DNA of 64,000 nt. Origin: Anaeramoeba ignava BMAN. Taxonomy: Eukaryota; Protista; Anaeramoebae. Positions within the stretch are counted from its first letter, which is position 1; the number at the start of each line of letters is the position of its first letter. The stretch is taken from contig JAPDFW010000030.1 in the NCBI GenBank assembly GCA_028826165.1, positions 83 through 64,082 of the forward strand, given 5' to 3'. A model generated the notes under the pieces. The model saw only the letters and a program-made list of their open reading frames with translations, searched no databases and was not told the DNA's origin. The translations under genes were made by a program, and so were the position numbers. Positions 56,862 through 64,000 of the stretch are shown one piece after another.

Positions 56862-57237
56862 GGGGGATGTTCATCTTTGGCAATGTTTTAAGCTTTGAAA
56901 TTAGCCACCCGCCCAAAGAAAAAGCTGGTGTTAACATACTCACCCGAGTCTACGCCCTTATTTATTTCTAATTATTAATTATTAATCAATCCAAATTAAA
57001 TCAATTTAATAATTAATAATTCTAATCAAAATTGAACAATATAAGAACAATAATGAAAAGAAATAAATAAGAAACGCGACATTTGTCGTCTTCGTGTAAA
57101 GCCCCAAGTCGTCAACTGAGCCTCCCCGCCGTAGCGTAGCGGAGAGGCCGAAGGCCGGTGCATTGGGGGAGGTGAAGTTGAAAGACATTGGGGCATTTAC
57201 TCGAAAAACGACAAAGTACGCGATATGATCCTTTCTT
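56862..57237. ncRNA. unidentified GC-rich structured ncRNA candidate, copy 2
   Basis: Identical by eye to 45553-45939 except for an 11-nt indel (AAATCAATTTA) in the loop of the AT-rich hairpin. Confidence 0.65.
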
Positions 57238-58019
57238 ATATTTATATTTATATTTATATATTTATATTTATATATTTTATTTCAAGTAAATTTAATATCT
57301 AAATCCAAAAATTACTTTATTAACTAATTTATTATTTGTAAGTTTATTTTAATTTCCAAAAATAAATTAATAAATTAATTAATTAATTTTATTCTATTTA
57401 TAATTAATATTTATTCTATTTTATTTTTATATTTATATTTATATTAGATAAAATGTTTATTTTATTTTATTTTATTTTATTTTATTCATCTTCATTTCCA
57501 AAATAAAAATAATTCCAAAAAAAATCTAAATTTATATTTATTAATATCTATCATTATTTATAATTATAATTTATCAAAATTAATTAATGGAATTTCTTTT
57601 TTCAATTAAATTAAATTAGATTAGATTAGATTTATCTATTATTCTAAATTATTTATCATTTTAAATTACTTTATTTATTTATTTATTTTTGTTTTTATTT
57701 TTATTTTTAAATAATAAATAAATAAATTTTGATTTTGATTTTGGAAAATATCATTAATTGATTAATAAATAATAAAATAAAATAAATCAATAATTTATTT
57801 CTAATTCATTTTTTGTTTTTTGTTTTTGTTTTTGTTTTTGTTTTTTAATAATTTTTATTTTTAAATTTCCAAATTCATTTTTCATTTTTCATTTTTCATT
57901 TTTTTTCTTTTCAAAGAATATTTATAAATATAAATATAAATATAAAAATTACCTTTAGAAAATGAAAGGAAACACCAAACACTAAAAAAATATTCAAATT
58001 CAATTTAATTTTTAATAAT

Positions 58020-58610
58020 AATTTATTTATTATTTTGCAATAAAATTAATTAAGAAATGATTTTAAAAAGAATTTATTATTAATATTAAATTATTATTAT
58101 TAAAAATAAAGAAATAAATTTAAAACAAAAATTAAAATAAAATTTTATTTAATTTTAATTATAATTATTTATTATTTTAATTTTTAATTTTAAAAATAAT
58201 TTAATTTTATTATTATTTTAAAAAAAATAAAAATTAATAAAAAATGATTTTTAATTTTTAAAAATAATTAATTTATTATTATTTTAAAATAAAATTAATT
58301 AAGAAATGATTTTAAAAGAATTTATTATTAATATTAAATAAATATTATTAAAAATAAAGAAATAAAATTTAATTAAAATATTTTATTTAATTATTTTTAT
58401 TTAATTTTTAATAATAATTAATTTATTATTTTGCAATAAAATTAATTAAGAAATGATTTTAAAAAGAATTTATTATTAATATTAAATAAATATTATTAAA
58501 AATAAAGAAATAAAATTAATTAAAATATTTTATTTATTATTTTACTTAATTTTTAATAATAATTAATTTATTATTTTGCAATAAAATTAATTAAGAAATG
58601 ATTTTAAAAA
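58020..58610. repeat. satellite E (~145-bp unit, ~4 copies, unrelated to satellite A)
   Basis: AATTAATTAAGAAATGATTTTAAAA near 58045, 58293, 58440, 58585. Confidence 0.85.
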
Positions 58611-58734
58611 CTTTTTATTCATTTTTTTTTTTTCATTTTTGTTTTTTTCTAAATTAAAAAAATAAAAGAAAAAAGAAAAATCAAATAAAAATTTTAAAAA
58701 CAAAATTATAAAAAAAATAAAGAAAATGTTAATT

Positions 58735-60097
58735 AAAATATAAAATAATTTATTTATATAATTTATAAAAAGATTTTATTATCTAAATTAATTCAAAATT
58801 GATTTAAAAATAAATATAAATTTAAATCAAAAATTAATTTTAATTAATTTTATTTCCAAAAATAAAAATAATTTTAAATAATTTTAAATAATAATATTTA
58901 ATTAAATTTAAAAAGTATAAATTAATTTGAAATAAATTAATAATATAAAATATAATTTTATTATTTATTTTCCTTATTAAATAATTAATAAAATAATTTA
59001 ATAATTTTTAATATAAATTTAATCAAAAATTAAATAAAAAAATTAAAATTAAAATGTAAAATAATTTATTTATATAATTTATAAAAAGAATTTATTATCT
59101 AAATTAATTCAAAATTGATTTAAAAATAAATATAAATTTAAATCAAAAAAATTAATTTTAATTAATTTTATTTCCAAAAAATAAAATAATTTTAAATAAA
59201 TTTAAATAATAATATTTAATTAAATTTAAAGTATAAATTATTTTGAAATAAATTAATAATATAAAATATAATTTTATTATTTATTTTCCTTATTAAATAA
59301 TTAATAAAATAATTTAAACATTTTTAATATAAATTTAATCAAAAAATTAAATAATAAAAATTAAAATTAAAATGTAAAATAATTTATTTATATAATTTAT
59401 AAAAAGAATTTTATTATCTAAATTAATTCAAAATTGATTTAAAAATAAATATAAATTTAAATCAAAAAAAATTAAATTTAATTAATTTTATTTCCAAAAA
59501 TAAAATAATATTAAATAATTTTAAATAATAATATTTAATTAAATTTAAAAGTATAAATTAATTTTGAAATAAATTAATAATATAAAATATAATTTTATTA
59601 TTTAATTTTCCTTATTAAATAATTAATAAAATAATTTAATCATTTTTAATATAAATTTAATCAAAAAATTAAATAATAAAAATTAAAATTAAAATGTAAA
59701 ATAATTTATTTATATAATTTATAAAAAGAATTTATTATCTAAATTAATTCAAAATTGATTTAAAAATAAATATAAATTTAAATCAAAAAAAATTAAATTT
59801 AATTAATTTTATTTCCAAAAAAATAAAATAATTTTAAATAAATTTAAATAATAATATTTAATTAATTTTAAATTATAAATTATTTTGAAATAAATTAATA
59901 ATATAAAATATAATTTTATTATTTATTTTCCTTATTAAATAATTAATAAAATAATTTAAACATTTTTAATATAAATTTAATCAAAAAATTAAATAATAAA
60001 AATTAAAATTAAAATATAAAATAATTTATTTATATAATTTATAAAAAGATTTTATTATCTAAATTAATTCAAAAATGATTTAAAAATAAATATAAAT
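58735..60097. repeat. satellite D (~320-bp unit, ~4.3 copies)
   Basis: TTATTATCTAAATTAATTCAAAA(T/A)TGATTTAAAAATAAATATAAAT recurs five times at ~320-bp spacing. Confidence 0.92.
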
Positions 60098-60099
60098 AT

Positions 60100-63000
60100 G
60101 TTAAAATTAATAATGAAGAAATTAAAATTGAAGAAATATTTAGATATTATTATTAAAGAAAATTTCAAATTTTTTTGCTTCAAAAATGATTTGAAATTGT
60201 TGATTTTATTCAAGAAATAATTATTAAAACAATTTAGAAAATTGAAGAAGATGATTATTATTATTCAATAGTAAATTATTTTATTTGATTTAAAAATTTT
60301 TTTAATTCAAATTCCAAAATAATTTTATTTATTTATTTAAAAAAGGAATACAATAGAATTTATCAAATAAAAACTCTCAAAAATTTATAAAATATTTCCT
60401 TTATATTCAAAAAAAAATAATTTTGAAAATGAAACTTATTATATTAATTGAATAAAATTATGAAACAAAATTCCCAAATCAAAAAATCAAAATTGATACA
60501 TTTTCTCTACAAAAAAGAAATCTAACAATAAATTTCAATTATCAAAACACAAATAATTTAAATTATCAAATTATTTACAAATTGAAATGAAATTCAAACA
60601 AAATTATAATCAACAAAATAAATATATCTCTTCATAATATTTAAAAGAAAATCAAATCAAATTTACATTAATTTTGATTATGAAAATTTAATTGCAAAAA
60701 CAAAAAAAAATAATAATAAAAGAAAAAGGAAATCAAATTGATAAATATTCAAGTTTTCACCTTTGTATTAAATCAAAAAAAAATTCACCAATAACATTAT
60801 ATCTCTTTTCTCAATTCAAAAATAATACAATAAAAAAATATATATTTCAGTTGATAAAATTGATATTAAAACAGAATCTTTGAATAGAAACACAAAGAAA
60901 ATAGATTGAATCTAATTGAAAAAAAATTTGAAATCAATAAATCAAATATCAAGATAAAACCAAATATTATTATGGAATATTTTACAGAAGAAAAAGAAAA
61001 AAGAACTTAAAATGGATATTTTAAAACAATTCTACATTTCAAAATCAAAAAAAGAATTTAACATAAAACAAACAATAACAAGCTTACTGTATTTTCATAA
61101 TCTATTTATTGATATTATAAAGAAAAACCTTTATATTCTCTTTTTAATGTTATTTCTTATTCGAAAAAAAGAAGAAGAAGAAATTTGTGGAATTAAATTA
61201 ATAACCAAAATATTTCCTTAAAATCTATAATTAACACATGAAATATTTTATTAATTCTTATTTGTTTCTCCTGTTTTTTTATAGATCTTATTACAGAATT
61301 CATTTTAATATTTGAATTAAATGAAAAGTATTGATATTTAACATTATTGGATATTTTAAAAAGAAATTTAAAAGAAGAAAGAAAGAAAGAATTTTATTTA
61401 ATATAGATTTTTCTATTAAGAAAAAATAGAATAACAATTAAGAGATAATCCACAAATTGAAACATTTACAATAAAAAGAAAAGAAAATATTCTTGATTTC
61501 CAAAATATTTCAACACTTATTTGATCTTTTAATATTGAATATACAACAATTTTCATTCATTTCCCTTTCCAAAAACAAACTTTCTAACTGTTTACATCAT
61601 TACAGAAATATTTTCTTCCACTTTAATCAATATTTCTCAAATCTCACAATTTTTCAAGATTTTTTTATTTTATTTATATTATGAAAAGAAAGAAGAATTT
61701 GAATTATTATCAACAACAAAAATATCTATCTTACATATATTCAACAATTTAATCCATAAACAGAAATACTTATTTCCATTTTTATTATTTCAAGAATTTA
61801 TGAAAATTATTTAAATATCTTCAATTTACTTTTGCATTGGAAACACTTGATACATATATTCAATAACTTAAAATAATAATTTGAATATTTATTTATTTCT
61901 TGAATCAAAATATCACAAATAAACAATTAACCAAATATTGAACTTATGGAATTTTTTCCATTTTCTTGAAACTGAAAAAAAGATAAAATCAAAATATATT
62001 TCTTGAATATTTTTTTTTGAATAAAAAATTACTGATATCAATGAATACTTATTTTCACAAATCTTCACAAAATATTTCTCCTTTTATTTGTAAATATCAA
62101 TTATTCAAAATACACAAAAAGAATATTTTCCACAAATATTTTGAAATTGATGATTAATTACAACTTTTTATATTCTAAAACAAAATTAACAAAATTCAAC
62201 AACATTTTTGAATAATTTATATATCCTTTCTTTAGAAATATTTCCACTTTCCAGAATATTATTTATTTCCATTTCAAAATTATTATTCAATTATTTTCTT
62301 CAAGAAAAAAGAATATTAAATTGAATTGAATTGAAAATACATTTCTTAATAATTTCAATAATATTCACAAATTCTTTATTTATTTCAAGGAAATATACTT
62401 CTATTTAATCTATTCAAAAAAATATAACAGATAGAACTCAATTTTATCAATTTAATTTAATTTAATTTAATTTAATTTAATTTAATTTAATTTAATACAA
62501 AATTATTCTTCATTTCTCCAAAATAATTGATAAAATTACAAAATTCCTAATCATAAATATTTATTAATCATTCCATTTTGAAGAGATTTCCATTAATATC
62601 AAACAAGAAAACTCTTTTTCAAAATATTAAATTCAATTTCAAATCCAATTTAAATTCACAAAATTCTAAACAATAACAAGTTATTTCTGTTCATTAATCT
62701 TAATTATTTAACAACAACAAAAAAATTATTTATAAATTCTAACTTCTTTAAAATTGAGAAATTAAATCCTTATTGGAAAAACAAAAATGAAACAAATGAA
62801 AATAATCTTCAAAAATCCCAAATCACTTTTAAATTTCAATTCTCTTTACTTAAATATTGGAAAATGATATAAATATCAAAATTCTAACTCTTATTGAATT
62901 TATTATTTAAATCAATTTAATCAAGAAATATTCAAAATTCTTTTTAAAAAACATGATATCTGTTCATTTACTTAATCCAAAATATAATCCAAAACAAATT

Positions 63001-63330
63001 TGATTTCAAAATATTTCCAAATTCACAAATATTATAGAGATAAATCAATTATTATATAAATACTCAACAAATCTTCTTTAAAATATTTATCTTCAAATTT
63101 TGGAAGATTTTATTTAATTCTACTTTTGAATAACTTTGAAAAACTATTTATTATTTATTTATTTATTCATTCATTTCTTTTTTATTCAACAAAATTTCCA
63201 AATTTATTTCCTTTATAAACCTCAAACTCAAATCAAAACATTTCCAAAAAAAGAAATATTTCTTGATTTTTTATTACAAAATATAAAATATTCAAAAATT
63301 TTCTTTTTTGTTAATAGAATTAATATTTAA
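60100..63330 (+). pseudogene. degraded coding-like sequence, product unidentifiable
   Basis: Non-repetitive and richer in C and GAA/CAA/TCA-type triplets than its flanks; only short broken + strand ORFs (60692, 61012, 61493, 63136). No recognisable domain. Confidence 0.25.
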
Positions 63331-64000
63331 ATTCCAAAAAAAAATAGATAGAATTAATATTTAAATTCCAAAAAAAAATAGATAGAATTGAATTGTTTTG
63401 ATTTAAAAATTATTATTAAATTATTTCCAAAAAAAAAATAGAAAGAAATTCAATATTTAAATAGATTTAATTTATTTATAAATTCTTTCAAAAAAATATT
63501 TTAATTGATTTTTATTTGGAAAAAATAAATAAATTTAGTTAAAAAAATTCAAAATTATGATTAAGAACAATTTTATCAATTTTATTTCATTTTTGAAAAA
63601 TAAATTAAATAAACAATTTGTTTTGAAATTTATTCAAAACTTAATAAATAAGAAATTTTCTTTTTTAATTTCTTTTTTTCTTTTTCTTTTTAATTAAAAA
63701 TAAAAACAAATTTTCATTTTTTTTCATTTTTTTTCACAAAAGTAAACACAAAGAAATAAAAAGTAATTTATTTATATTTATTATTTTACACATAAATTAA
63801 TTATCTAAATTATTTAAATAATCAAAATATTTATAAATTATTTATTAATATTATTTAATTTCAATTTATTTTATTTATTAAAAAAAAAAGAAAAAAAAAT
63901 AAAATTAAAAATTAAAAAATAATTAAATTAAAAATATTAAATTATTATTTTACACATAAATTATTTATCTAAATTATTTAAATAATCAAAATATTTATAA

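Noticed and set aside
60430-60883. Possible TAA=Gln genetic code giving longer frames
   Set aside because: TAA is the expected dominant stop in such AT-rich DNA; TGA stops and frame breaks persist and no conserved protein is available to test it.

Overview
This is an extremely AT-rich eukaryotic (protist-like) window with no credible intact protein-coding gene; the listed ORFs are artefacts of repeats, low-complexity DNA or antisense rRNA. (1) 1-7.5 kb is low-complexity AT DNA. (2) A + strand rDNA cistron at 11.47-16.2 kb has an 18S lacking its 5' ~60%, fused directly to a (TAAA)n tract. It continues through very short AT-rich ITS1/ITS2, 5.8S and a complete, structurally compensated 28S, and sits between inverted repeat arms. 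(3) 17-58 kb holds about four mosaic macro-repeat units (~8-11.5 kb) built from 145-, 170- and 180-bp satellites, 12-mer arrays and shared blocks. A constant module (block Q - 12-mer array - block R) occurs five times and is followed by different 'cargo'. The most striking cargo is an unrecognised ~380-nt GC-rich, highly base-paired candidate ncRNA present twice (45553-45939, 56862-57237). Another is a six-copy array of a conserved ~80-nt hairpin unit (49.3-50.0 kb) whose diverged single-copy homologue flanks each ncRNA copy. There is also a 1.16-kb insertion with 16-bp flanking direct repeats and matching empty sites. (4) 58-64 kb has further satellites and degraded, coding-like sequence. Parts of the window (8.9-9.8 and 31.9-35.2 kb) look like poor consensus. 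Repeat boundaries are approximate and were read by eye.
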